Shown piece after piece: positions 27,840 to 35,713 of a stretch of DNA of 64,000 nucleotides. Position 1 is the first letter of the stretch. The number at the start of each line of letters is the position of its first letter. The translations under genes were made by a program, and so were the position numbers. This stretch comes from an uncultured Rhodobacteraceae bacterium (GTDB lineage Bacteria > Pseudomonadota > Alphaproteobacteria > Rhodobacterales > Rhodobacteraceae): assembly GCA_947501355.1 (NCBI GenBank), contig CANMVA010000001.1:1695492-1759491 (forward strand), in the 5' to 3' direction. The notes under the pieces are model-generated. The model was not told the DNA's origin, did not search any database, and worked only from the letters and a program-made list of their open reading frames with translations.

Positions 27840-28193
27840 TTAAAAGACGTTGATGCCAACAAGGGTGATCCCGACTGCGGCTTCGCACAGGAAAAAGCCC
27901 CATGTTTTGCGGGTCGGCGCCTCGTCCGCGATGATCGAGGTCAGACGTCCGATGGAGGCAAACCCCCAAGCAAAACCGATCATGGCGTAAGCCACGGGAG
28001 AACCCAGAAAGATCGCGCCGACGCCCAGACCCACGAAAAGGGCACCCGACGCGGCGCGGATTTCCGACACGCCCATCGTGGTCGCGCCACGCTGCAGATC
28101 GACGACCTCCATCGTGTATTTTGGCGCGAGCCAGCCAAACAGACCCAAAGCGATGCTGAAGAGTGCGAGCGAGATGTTGATGATGTCGATCAT
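27840..28193 (-). CDS. small four-TM membrane protein (DUF4345-like)
   Basis: The internal ATG at 28193 gives MIDIINISLALFSIALGLFGWLAP. 117 aa with four hydrophobic segments. Confidence 0.65.
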   Translation of the reverse strand: MIDIINISLALFSIALGLFGWLAPKYTMEVVDLQRGATTMGVSEIRAASGALFVGLGVGAIFLGSPVAYAMIGFAWGFASIGRLTSIIADEAPTRKTWGFFLCEAAVGITLVGINVF

Positions 28194-28250
28194 ATGTGCC
28201 TCTGATTTACAGTTTGACTGTATTACGCATCTGACATCCGATTGGTTCAC

Positions 28251-28282
28251 AAAAAAAGCCATCTCGGATGAGATGGCTTTTT
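28251..28282 (-). terminator. rho-independent terminator (bidirectional form) after the solute-binding protein gene
   Basis: A7-GCCATCTC-ggat-GAGATGGC-T5. On the minus strand the hairpin is followed by TTTTTTT. Confidence 0.8.
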
Positions 28283-28302
28283 CTTTGCATCTTTAGAAGG
28301 GC

Positions 28303-29343
28303 TTAGAATCCTGCCTTGATCCGCTCAAACATCTCGCCTTGCTTTTCGCGCAGGGCATTATCCATCGGAAGTTGCGCCAAAACAGGCGCGCTGATCTCGC
28401 CCAGACCAGCAGCTTCCAGCGCCTCTGCGCCGAAATTGGCCATAGAGGCCGCGTTGGAGTGGCCATAGCCATCGGCCATCAGCGCCTCGGTCGAAGACGG
28501 ATCGAGGAAGGCATTGATGTAGTCATAGGCCTTGTCCTCGGAGCCCTCGCCATCCTTGAGGTTCACGTAGCCGCAGAGCCATAGGGATGACCCTTCTGCC
28601 GCTTCACGCTGAAAACCCACCGGGAAGCCTTCATCAACGAGCGTCGGGTAGGTTTCGTTCCACGCCCAGGCCACAAGCACTTCGCCCGTCGCCATCAGCT
28701 GCGCCAGCTCGCCCGGGTCGGTCCAGTAGGTGCGCAGGTTGCCATGCACCTCGCGCAGCCAGTTGGAGGCAGCTTCGAACTGTTCATCCGTGGCCGTGGT
28801 CCAATCGGTGGTGCCGGTGGCCAGATAAGCCAGCGCGTAAGCGTCATCGACATTGTCGGGCAGGGTCATACGGCCTGCATAGGCGGGGTTCTTGAACACG
28901 TTGAGCGACGCCACATCCTCGGCAGGCACTTCATCCGTGTTGTAGGCAATCGCCGTCGAGCCGAAATCAACCGGGATGAAATACGTGTCCGATGCGGCGG
29001 CCGAGATATCCTCGCCCATGAGGTTCGCATCAAGGTTTTCCAGCTCGTCGATCCGGCTCAGATCCCACGGCTCCAGGATGTCGGAGGCGACCCATTTGGT
29101 GACCGAGCCTGCGCAGACATGGCTGACATCGGCCTTGAAGCCCGAGCGGATCTTTTGCAGCGCTTCATCTTCGTCGCCGAAGAACGAAAAGGTCGGGCTG
29201 GTGCCGTGCTTGTCGATATAGCTTTGGTGGAAGGCGGGCATCTCGAAGCCGGAATAGTCGAAGACCAGCAGTTCTGGGTCTTCGGCAAAGGCGGCGGTGG
29301 ACAAGGCGAGGGTGGCCACGCCCGTGGACAGAAGGTGTTTCAT
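28303..29343 (-). CDS. ABC transporter periplasmic substrate-binding protein, PotD/PotF (polyamine-type, SBP family 1)
   Basis: MKHLLSTGVATLALSTAAFA signal peptide and PotD-like core (SGFEMP, FIPVDFGSTAIAYN). A GGGAG SD precedes ATG 29343. No permease or ATPase gene is adjacent. Confidence 0.8.
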   Translation of the reverse strand: MKHLLSTGVATLALSTAAFAEDPELLVFDYSGFEMPAFHQSYIDKHGTSPTFSFFGDEDEALQKIRSGFKADVSHVCAGSVTKWVASDILEPWDLSRIDELENLDANLMGEDISAAASDTYFIPVDFGSTAIAYNTDEVPAEDVASLNVFKNPAYAGRMTLPDNVDDAYALAYLATGTTDWTTATDEQFEAASNWLREVHGNLRTYWTDPGELAQLMATGEVLVAWAWNETYPTLVDEGFPVGFQREAAEGSSLWLCGYVNLKDGEGSEDKAYDYINAFLDPSSTEALMADGYGHSNAASMANFGAEALEAAGLGEISAPVLAQLPMDNALREKQGEMFERIKAGF

Positions 29344-29519
29344 GAGTAAGCTCCCAACAGAATTTGCGCGAAACGCTAAGCGCGGTCGGGGGAGGGTGCA
29401 AGCGGGTTCTTTCATATGGCCGCGCCCCGGACCTCATACGGTTAGGGTCCCACGTCAAGCCCGGGGCGGTTGTGCGGATACAGGACAGTTACGCGCCAGC
29501 CCGGAATCAAGCCGAAGGC

Positions 29520-29661
29520 GCCGGGCTATCGGCGACCCGTCCCACGAGAAGGCGATTTGTAGGGTCTAAGTGCTTCGTTCAAAGGGAAGACGTGTTTGGC
29601 TGCCATAAAGTATTGAAGAAAGCCTGTCGGCGCGCCTCCCCAGGGTCGCCGATAGCCCGGC
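29520..29661. repeat. 19-bp perfect inverted repeat enclosing a 104-nt spacer
   Basis: GCCGGGCTATCGGCGACCC at 29520..29538 and its exact reverse complement at 29643..29661. The right arm abuts the GntR stop codon. Confidence 0.9.
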
Positions 29662-30392
29662 TACCGCTGCGCCGCCCGCGCCTCGAACACACTCTGCGCC
29701 AGCGCGACCGTATACTCTGCCAGTTCCACCAGCGCCGCATCCGCCGCTCCGCCATCCTGTGCCTCAATCGCGTCGGCGATCCCACCGTGCAGAGTAATGA
29801 TCCGTTCGCGGGAGCGGGCGGTGAACGTAATCATGTTCATCAGTGGCTGCATCGCCTCCACCGCACCCGCCAACTGGTATGACAGAACCGGATTGCCCGC
29901 GCCATCCACCAACGCGCGGTGAAAGGCGACGTCAGACGCGCAAAAGGCCTCATCCGTCAGACCGGGTTGACCCTGCCGATGTATCTCCGCGCGCATGGTC
30001 GCCAGATGATCGGGCGTGCGGCGCGTGGCAGACAGGGGCGCGCAGGCGCGCTCCAACGCGTAACGCGCTTCGCAGGCGGTCTCGAACGACACCGCGTTCA
30101 TCGACAGCAGAAGCGTCGAGGTCGTGATCTGCTGGGAGTAGGCGTCGGCATAGCGCAACCGGTTCACGAACGCGCCGCCTGTCGCCCCGCGCTGGGTGCG
30201 GATCAAGCTTTGCGCGGCCAACCGTTTGAGCGCCTCGCGCACGGTCGAGCGGGAGACCTCGAACTGGTCGGCCAGTTCCGCTTCTGACGGCAACCGCTCA
30301 TCCACAGGCATCGCCCCGGACACAATCGCATCGCGAATCGCAGATGCAATCTGCGCCGAGAGGTCTTTGGAACTGGTCGGATCAATTTTCAT
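29661..30392 (-). CDS. GntR-family transcriptional regulator (FadR/FCD subfamily)
   Basis: An N-terminal winged HTH (LPSEAELADQFEVSRSTVREALKRL) followed by an all-helical FCD-like C-terminal domain. 243 aa. Confidence 0.9.
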   Translation of the reverse strand: MKIDPTSSKDLSAQIASAIRDAIVSGAMPVDERLPSEAELADQFEVSRSTVREALKRLAAQSLIRTQRGATGGAFVNRLRYADAYSQQITTSTLLLSMNAVSFETACEARYALERACAPLSATRRTPDHLATMRAEIHRQGQPGLTDEAFCASDVAFHRALVDGAGNPVLSYQLAGAVEAMQPLMNMITFTARSRERIITLHGGIADAIEAQDGGAADAALVELAEYTVALAQSVFEARAAQR

Positions 30393-30393
30393 T

Positions 30394-30417
30394 TGTCAGA
30401 CAATTAAAAGTCTGACA
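30394..30417. promoter_or_regulatory. candidate GntR operator: perfect 8-bp inverted repeat TGTCAGAC-N8-GTCTGACA
   Basis: It lies in the 58-nt divergent intergenic region between the GntR start (30392) and the DUF2182 start (30451). Each arm contains a GT-N3-AC core, as in FadR-type boxes. Confidence 0.6.
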
Positions 30418-30450
30418 TTTGAATTGCAACGGTTTTGGGAGGAATCGTCG

Positions 30451-31242
30451 ATGCTGCACGCGCCCTTGCGCACAATTTTATGGCTTAGTTTTTTCACCGC
30501 GATCCTGCTGTCGTGGTGGATGATGTTTGCCATGGCCATCGACATGGACCTTGATCTGCTGGGTCGCCCTGGCGAGATGGGCGCGCGCATGGCCGCGATG
30601 GACCCGCGCATGCCGATGGATATGCCCATGGCGCGCTTTGGCCCCTTATTTGCCATGTGGGCCATCATGATGGCCGCAATGATGCTGCCGACGCTGATCC
30701 CAACCTTGCGCGCCTATGAAGACCTGATGGTCAGCGCAGACGGCACCCGCGCGGGCTGGCTGGGCGTGCTGCTGGGATATTTCATCGTCTGGGTCGGCTT
30801 TGCGGCGGTCATCACGGCAGTGCAACTGGGGCTGCTTTTCGGCGGCGTCGTCGACATGCTGGGCATCGCCAAAAGCCCGTGGGTTGCGGGCGGTCTCCTG
30901 CTGATCGTGGGCTTTTTCCAATTCACCCGCGCCAAGGAAATCTGCCACGGCGTCTGCCACTCGCCCATGACCTATTACCTGGGTCACTGGAAAACCGGCT
31001 TTGGCGGCGGGCTGCGCATGGGGCTTGGCTTGGGCGCATTTTGCGTGGGATGCTGCTGGGGCTTCATGGCCCTTGGCTTTGTGGGCGGTGTGATGAACCT
31101 CGCCTGGATGGGGCTCGCGACGCTGTTCATGGTGCTCGAAAAGCTGCCCCAGATCGGACATGTCGTAACGAAACCGATGGGCTTTGCCCTGTCACTCGCG
31201 GGTCTCGCAGTGATGGGGTGGCCCCTCGTGAATGGAGGATAA
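30451..31242 (+). CDS. DUF2182 family predicted metal-binding integral membrane protein
   Basis: ATG 30451 is preceded by GGGAGG. The protein is multi-TM with a Met-rich stretch (MWAIMMAAMMLPT) and Cys/His clusters CHGVCHSP and CVGCCWGF. Confidence 0.75.
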   Translation: MLHAPLRTILWLSFFTAILLSWWMMFAMAIDMDLDLLGRPGEMGARMAAMDPRMPMDMPMARFGPLFAMWAIMMAAMMLPTLIPTLRAYEDLMVSADGTRAGWLGVLLGYFIVWVGFAAVITAVQLGLLFGGVVDMLGIAKSPWVAGGLLLIVGFFQFTRAKEICHGVCHSPMTYYLGHWKTGFGGGLRMGLGLGAFCVGCCWGFMALGFVGGVMNLAWMGLATLFMVLEKLPQIGHVVTKPMGFALSLAGLAVMGWPLVNGG

Positions 31243-31243
31243 A

Positions 31244-31957
31244 ATGGCCAACACGAAACCCGCGAAGAAACCGGCGGATCGGTTGCCGATCAGCCAGCGC
31301 ATTGACCAGCGGATGCCCAATCCGGGCCGCCGCAAGATGAACCCCACCGAATGGGCCATCAAGGGCGAGCTGTTTCTCAACTGCTCCTGCACTGTCTTTT
31401 GCCCCTGCGTGGTCAGCCTTGGCGCGCATCCACCCACCGAAGGGCATTGCCACGCCTGGATGGCCATCGCGATTGATGAGGGCCATTTCGAGGGTGAAGA
31501 CCTGTCCGGTCTGAACGTGGGCCTTCTGGTCGATATTCCGGGCCGCATGGGCGAGGGGAACTGGCGGGTTGCGGCTTACGTCGATGAACGCTCCACCCCC
31601 AAAGCCTATGACGGTCTGCTCAAGATTTTCTCAGGGGCTGCTGGCGGCACCACAGGCCTTTTCACGATGCTGGTGTCCGAGATCATCGGCGCCGAGCGCG
31701 AGAAGGTCGAGATCGTCCGCGAGGGCAAGAAACGCGGGCTCTATATCGGGCGCAAGATCGCCGGTGAGATCGAGATGATCGACGGCGCGTCCCCCGATCA
31801 CCCGGTCATGGTCAGCAATTCAAAATACTGGATGGGCCCCGACATTATCGCCGCCCAAGGCACAAAATCGCGGGTCCGCGATTATGGCCGCATCTGGGAT
31901 TTCGGTGGCAAATCCGCCGAGATTTGCCCGATTGACTGGAAAGGACCCAAGCCATGA
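31244..31957 (+). CDS. DUF1326 family protein
   Basis: GGAGGA precedes ATG 31244. The motif WAIKGELFLNCSCTVFCPCV (CxC-x4-CxC) is the DUF1326 hallmark as I recall it. A shorter start at ATG 31337 (MNPTEW) is possible. Confidence 0.75.
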   Translation: MANTKPAKKPADRLPISQRIDQRMPNPGRRKMNPTEWAIKGELFLNCSCTVFCPCVVSLGAHPPTEGHCHAWMAIAIDEGHFEGEDLSGLNVGLLVDIPGRMGEGNWRVAAYVDERSTPKAYDGLLKIFSGAAGGTTGLFTMLVSEIIGAEREKVEIVREGKKRGLYIGRKIAGEIEMIDGASPDHPVMVSNSKYWMGPDIIAAQGTKSRVRDYGRIWDFGGKSAEICPIDWKGPKP

Positions 31958-32460
31958 TTGATCGGGAATATTGCGTGACGATGGCGCGGTATAACCAATG
32001 GCAAAACCGCAACATCCTCAAGGCATTGGAGGGTCTCAGCCCTGATGAGTTGACACAGGAGCGCGGCGCGTTCTTTGGCTCGATCTTCAAGACGCTGAAC
32101 CACCTTCTCTGGGGCGATCAGCTTTGGATGAGCCGCTTTGATGGCGGTGCCGGTTCGGGAATGGATGGCATGGCGGGTCTCGAGATGACACCAACGCTAG
32201 CCGTTTGGGGTGCCGAGAGATTTCGGACCGATGGACGTATCCGTCTCTGGGCAGAAAATCTGAAAAGCATTGATCTGTTGGGCGACCTAAGCTGGTATTC
32301 CGGGCTGTCCAAACAAGAAATGAGCAAGCCCAAAGCGCTTTGTGTGATGCAACTCTTCAACCACCAGACCCATCATCGCGGGCAGGTCCACGCGATGATG
32401 ACGCAGGCCGGGCTGAGCACCGCTGCAACCGATATTCCCGTCATGCCTGAGGAGGACTGA
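31954..32460 (+). CDS. DinB-family (four-helix bundle, metal-dependent) protein
   Basis: MARYNQWQNRNIL, LNHLLWGDQLW and NHQTHHRGQVHAMM (the DinB His triad pattern). The ATG overlaps the upstream stop (ATGA). Confidence 0.8.
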   Translation: MIDREYCVTMARYNQWQNRNILKALEGLSPDELTQERGAFFGSIFKTLNHLLWGDQLWMSRFDGGAGSGMDGMAGLEMTPTLAVWGAERFRTDGRIRLWAENLKSIDLLGDLSWYSGLSKQEMSKPKALCVMQLFNHQTHHRGQVHAMMTQAGLSTAATDIPVMPEED

Positions 32461-32461
32461 C

Positions 32462-33565
32462 ATGGCCCAGATCTCTCCGTCGCGCCGTTTGCGGCGGACC
32501 CCGTTCTCGGATGGTGTCGAAGCTGCGGGTGTCAAAAACTACACGATCTACAACCGGATGATGCTGCCCACGGTCTTTGAAAGCGTGGAAGCCGATTACC
32601 GTCACCTCAAGACCGCCGTGCAGGTCTGGGACGTTTCGGTCGAACGTCAGATCGAGGTAAAAGGCCCCGATGCAGGCCGCCTGATGCAGATGTTGACCCC
32701 GCGCGATCTGCGCGGGATGCTGCCGGGGCAGTGCTATTACGTGCCGATCGTGGACGAGACGGGTGGGATGCTGAATGACCCTGTCGCCGTGAAGCTGTCG
32801 GAGGACCATTACTGGATTTCGATTGCCGACAGCGACCTGCTGCTTTGGGTCAAGGGCATCGCCTATGGCTACCGCCTTGACGTGCTGGTGGACGAGCCCG
32901 ATGTGTCCCCACTCGCCGTGCAAGGCCCCAAGGCGGACGATCTGATGGAGCGGCTCTTTGGCGAAGAGATCCGCAATGTCCGCTTCTTCCGCTTCGGCTG
33001 GTTCGATTTTCAGGACACGCCCATGGTCATCGCCCGCTCAGGCTATTCCAAGCAGGGCGGGTTCGAGATTTACATGCCCGACACCGCGCTTGGCATGCCG
33101 CTTTGGAACGCGCTGATGGAGGCGGGCGAAGACCTGGATGTCCGTGCAGGTTGCCCCAACGGGATCGAGCGGATCGAGGGCGGTCTGCTATCTTACGGCA
33201 ACGATATGGACGACGACAACACGCCCCATGAATGCGGGCTGGGCCGCTTCTGCAACACGCAGACCGCTATCGGCTGTGTGGGCCGGGATGCGCTTCTGCG
33301 CGTGGCCAAGGAAGGTCCAGTCAAACAGGTGCGACCGATCTCCATCTATGGGGACGCCGTGCCGTCCAGCGACCGGGCGTGGCCGATCTATGGTAATGGC
33401 AAGAAAGTGGGGGCGGTCACCTCTGCCGCGTGGTCGCCGGATTTTGAGACGAATGTCTCAATCGGCATGGTGCGGATGACCCATTGGGACCCCGGCACCA
33501 AGGTGGAAGTTGAAACGACAGACGGGATGCGCGATGCAACCGTTCTGGAAGAATTCTGGATTTGA
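32462..33565 (+). CDS. dmdA: GcvT-family aminomethyltransferase, probable dimethylsulfoniopropionate (DMSP) demethylase
   Basis: 367 aa. SPSRRLRRTPFSDGVEAAGVKNYTIYNRMMLPTVF, VARSGYSKQGGFEIY and ECGLGRFCN closely resemble the Ruegeria DmdA sequence as I remember it. It sits immediately upstream of acuI, as in R. pomeroyi. Confidence 0.72.
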   Translation: MAQISPSRRLRRTPFSDGVEAAGVKNYTIYNRMMLPTVFESVEADYRHLKTAVQVWDVSVERQIEVKGPDAGRLMQMLTPRDLRGMLPGQCYYVPIVDETGGMLNDPVAVKLSEDHYWISIADSDLLLWVKGIAYGYRLDVLVDEPDVSPLAVQGPKADDLMERLFGEEIRNVRFFRFGWFDFQDTPMVIARSGYSKQGGFEIYMPDTALGMPLWNALMEAGEDLDVRAGCPNGIERIEGGLLSYGNDMDDDNTPHECGLGRFCNTQTAIGCVGRDALLRVAKEGPVKQVRPISIYGDAVPSSDRAWPIYGNGKKVGAVTSAAWSPDFETNVSIGMVRMTHWDPGTKVEVETTDGMRDATVLEEFWI

Positions 33566-33577
33566 GGGAGAGACGCG

Positions 33578-34570
33578 ATGACGTTCAATGCTTTGGTGGT
33601 GGAGAAGGACGACGAGGGCAAAACCAGCGCGTCGGTGCAGCAAATCGAGAGCAGTCAGCTTCCCGATGGCGACGTAAAGGTCGCGGTTGAATACTCGACG
33701 GTGAACTACAAGGACGGCCTGTGCATCGGCCCCGGTGGCGGCCTTGTGCGCGACTACCCCCATGTGCCGGGCATTGATTTTGCAGGCACGGTCGAAAGCT
33801 CTGACGACGCGCGCTACAAGCCCGGCCACAAGGTCGTTCTGACCGGCTGGCGCGTGGGCGAGGCCCATTGGGGCGGCTATGCGCAAATGGCCAGCGTCAA
33901 GGCCGATTGGCTGGTGCCGCTGCCCGACGGGTTGGACACGCGTCAGGCGATGGCCGTTGGCACGGCGGGCTTTACCGCGATGCTCGCCGTCATGGCGTTG
34001 GAAGATCATGGGTTGGAGCCGGGCAACGGCCCTGTGCTGGTCACAGGCGCCGCAGGCGGCGTCGGCTCGGTCGCGACGGCCACTCTGGGCAATCTGGGCT
34101 ATGAGGTCGCTGCAGTGACCGGGCGGCCTGAGACGGCGGACTATCTCAAAAGCCTCGGCGCAACCCAGATCGTGCCGCGTGACGAGATCAACGAGACCAC
34201 CAAGCGCCCGCTCGAAGCCGAAACCTGGGCAGGCTGCGTCGATGCGGTCGGCGGCGAGATGCTGGCCCGTGTATTGGGCCAGATGAAATACGGGGCCTCT
34301 GTCTCGGCGGTGGGCCTCGCAGGCGGCGCAGGCCTTCCTGCAACGGTCATCCCGTTCCTGCTGCGCGGTGTAAACCTGCTCGGTATTGATTCCGTCATGC
34401 AACCCTACGCAAACCGTCTCCGCGCGTGGGAGCGGATCGCCAAAGACCTGCCGATGGACAAGCTGGAGGACATGGTCCAGCCCGCGACACTCGCCGATCT
34501 GCCGGGGCTGGGCCGCGATATCCTGAAAGGTCAGGTCAAAGGCCGGGTCGTGGTCGATGTGAACGCATGA
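33578..34570 (+). CDS. acuI: acryloyl-CoA reductase, YhdH/AcuI-type MDR oxidoreductase
   Basis: VEYSTVNYKDGL, VTGAAGGVGS and GRVVVDV. YhdH subfamily. 330 aa. Confidence 0.82.
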   Translation: MTFNALVVEKDDEGKTSASVQQIESSQLPDGDVKVAVEYSTVNYKDGLCIGPGGGLVRDYPHVPGIDFAGTVESSDDARYKPGHKVVLTGWRVGEAHWGGYAQMASVKADWLVPLPDGLDTRQAMAVGTAGFTAMLAVMALEDHGLEPGNGPVLVTGAAGGVGSVATATLGNLGYEVAAVTGRPETADYLKSLGATQIVPRDEINETTKRPLEAETWAGCVDAVGGEMLARVLGQMKYGASVSAVGLAGGAGLPATVIPFLLRGVNLLGIDSVMQPYANRLRAWERIAKDLPMDKLEDMVQPATLADLPGLGRDILKGQVKGRVVVDVNA

Positions 34571-35007
34571 AAATCCGGCGGCTGACCGAAGCGGACGCAC
34601 CCGCCTGGCGTGCGCTTTGGACCGGCTATCTGGAGTTCTACGACAGCACCGTGCCGGAGGAGGTCTACCAGAACACCTTCGCGCGGCTGCTGGACGATGA
34701 CCTGAGCGAGGTCAAAGGTTTTGTGGCCGAAGACGATGGCAAGCTGATCGGGCTGGTGCATTATCTCTATCATGCCCATGGCTGGAGGCTTGAAAAGGTC
34801 TGCTATCTGCAAGACCTCTACGCCGATCCAGCTGCGCGCGGGCAGGGGGTCGGTGCCGCGCTGATCGAAGCGGTCTATGCTCAGGCTGACGCCGAAGGCG
34901 CGCCTGCGGTCTATTGGATGACGCAGGAGTTCAACCACACCGCCCGCAAGCTCTATGACCGGATCGGCACGCTCACACCCTTCATCAAGTATCAGCGCCC
35001 CAGCTAG
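34567..35007 (+). CDS. GNAT-family N-acetyltransferase
   Basis: MKIRRLTEADAPAW and the acetyl-CoA loop RGQGVGAALIEAV. The ATG overlaps the acuI stop (ATGA). Confidence 0.85.
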   Translation: MKIRRLTEADAPAWRALWTGYLEFYDSTVPEEVYQNTFARLLDDDLSEVKGFVAEDDGKLIGLVHYLYHAHGWRLEKVCYLQDLYADPAARGQGVGAALIEAVYAQADAEGAPAVYWMTQEFNHTARKLYDRIGTLTPFIKYQRPS

Positions 35008-35014
35008 AACTCGG

Positions 35015-35557
35015 CTAGAACTGCCGTCGCAACTCGCGCAGGGTGTAGCTTTGCGCAATGGGGCCCGCATCCCCGCGAATGAACTGCGGATCAGAGGTCA
35101 CGCATCCGATCCCGCAAAGCTGGCGCGCGCTGCGGGTATCGGGATTGGTCAGCCAGATGCGCCCGCCCGGAGTGGCAACAAAGCCGTAGACATCATCGCC
35201 CATATCCGAGAGCAGGTCCACATCGCTGGGCACCTCATTGAAGGTGTCGGTGTCGAAAGCGGCGTGGGTGTGGTAAGAGGCCAGCACCTCGTACCCATGC
35301 TCTGAGATATCAAGATCGCAGAAATCGCTGCCGCCCCGCTTAGGTGTCGAGGCCACGAAAGCGCCCGATCCATCGCGCCCGAAATAGCCGCAATACTCGC
35401 GGTTCTCCGCGATGGAGCGGGGCTGCAGACCGTCCAGAAACGCGACGGCCTGAGACACAAAGCCTTGCGAAAGGGCTGCGCGCTGCTGTGTTGGCGGCGG
35501 GGTGGGCGCGCAGGCGGTCAGCGCAACACAAAAACCGATGACACTGACGATCCGCAT
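35015..35557 (-). CDS. lipoprotein, DUF4329-like
   Basis: ATG 35557 gives MRIVSVIGFCVALTAC (lipobox). The core is REYCGYF...SYHTHAAFD...VPSDVDL. Confidence 0.65.
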   Translation of the reverse strand: MRIVSVIGFCVALTACAPTPPPTQQRAALSQGFVSQAVAFLDGLQPRSIAENREYCGYFGRDGSGAFVASTPKRGGSDFCDLDISEHGYEVLASYHTHAAFDTDTFNEVPSDVDLLSDMGDDVYGFVATPGGRIWLTNPDTRSARQLCGIGCVTSDPQFIRGDAGPIAQSYTLRELRRQF

Positions 35558-35713
35558 AAGGACCCCTTTTCTTGTGGCGGGGCTTTCACCCAAGCGAGCT
35601 TTTGACGCAGATACTGACCGGGCCAAGAACTTGTGACAACAGCCGTTTTTCGGTATGCCTTTGTCTACCGAGGATAGCCACCCGGTGCAGTCAATTTCGT
35701 TTGTGGAGGCGAA

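Noticed and set aside
29364-29882. 172-aa plus-strand ORF spanning the long intergenic region and the 3' part of the GntR gene
   Set aside because: It has Arg-rich low-complexity translation, is antisense to the GntR gene for half its length, has no SD and shows no motif.
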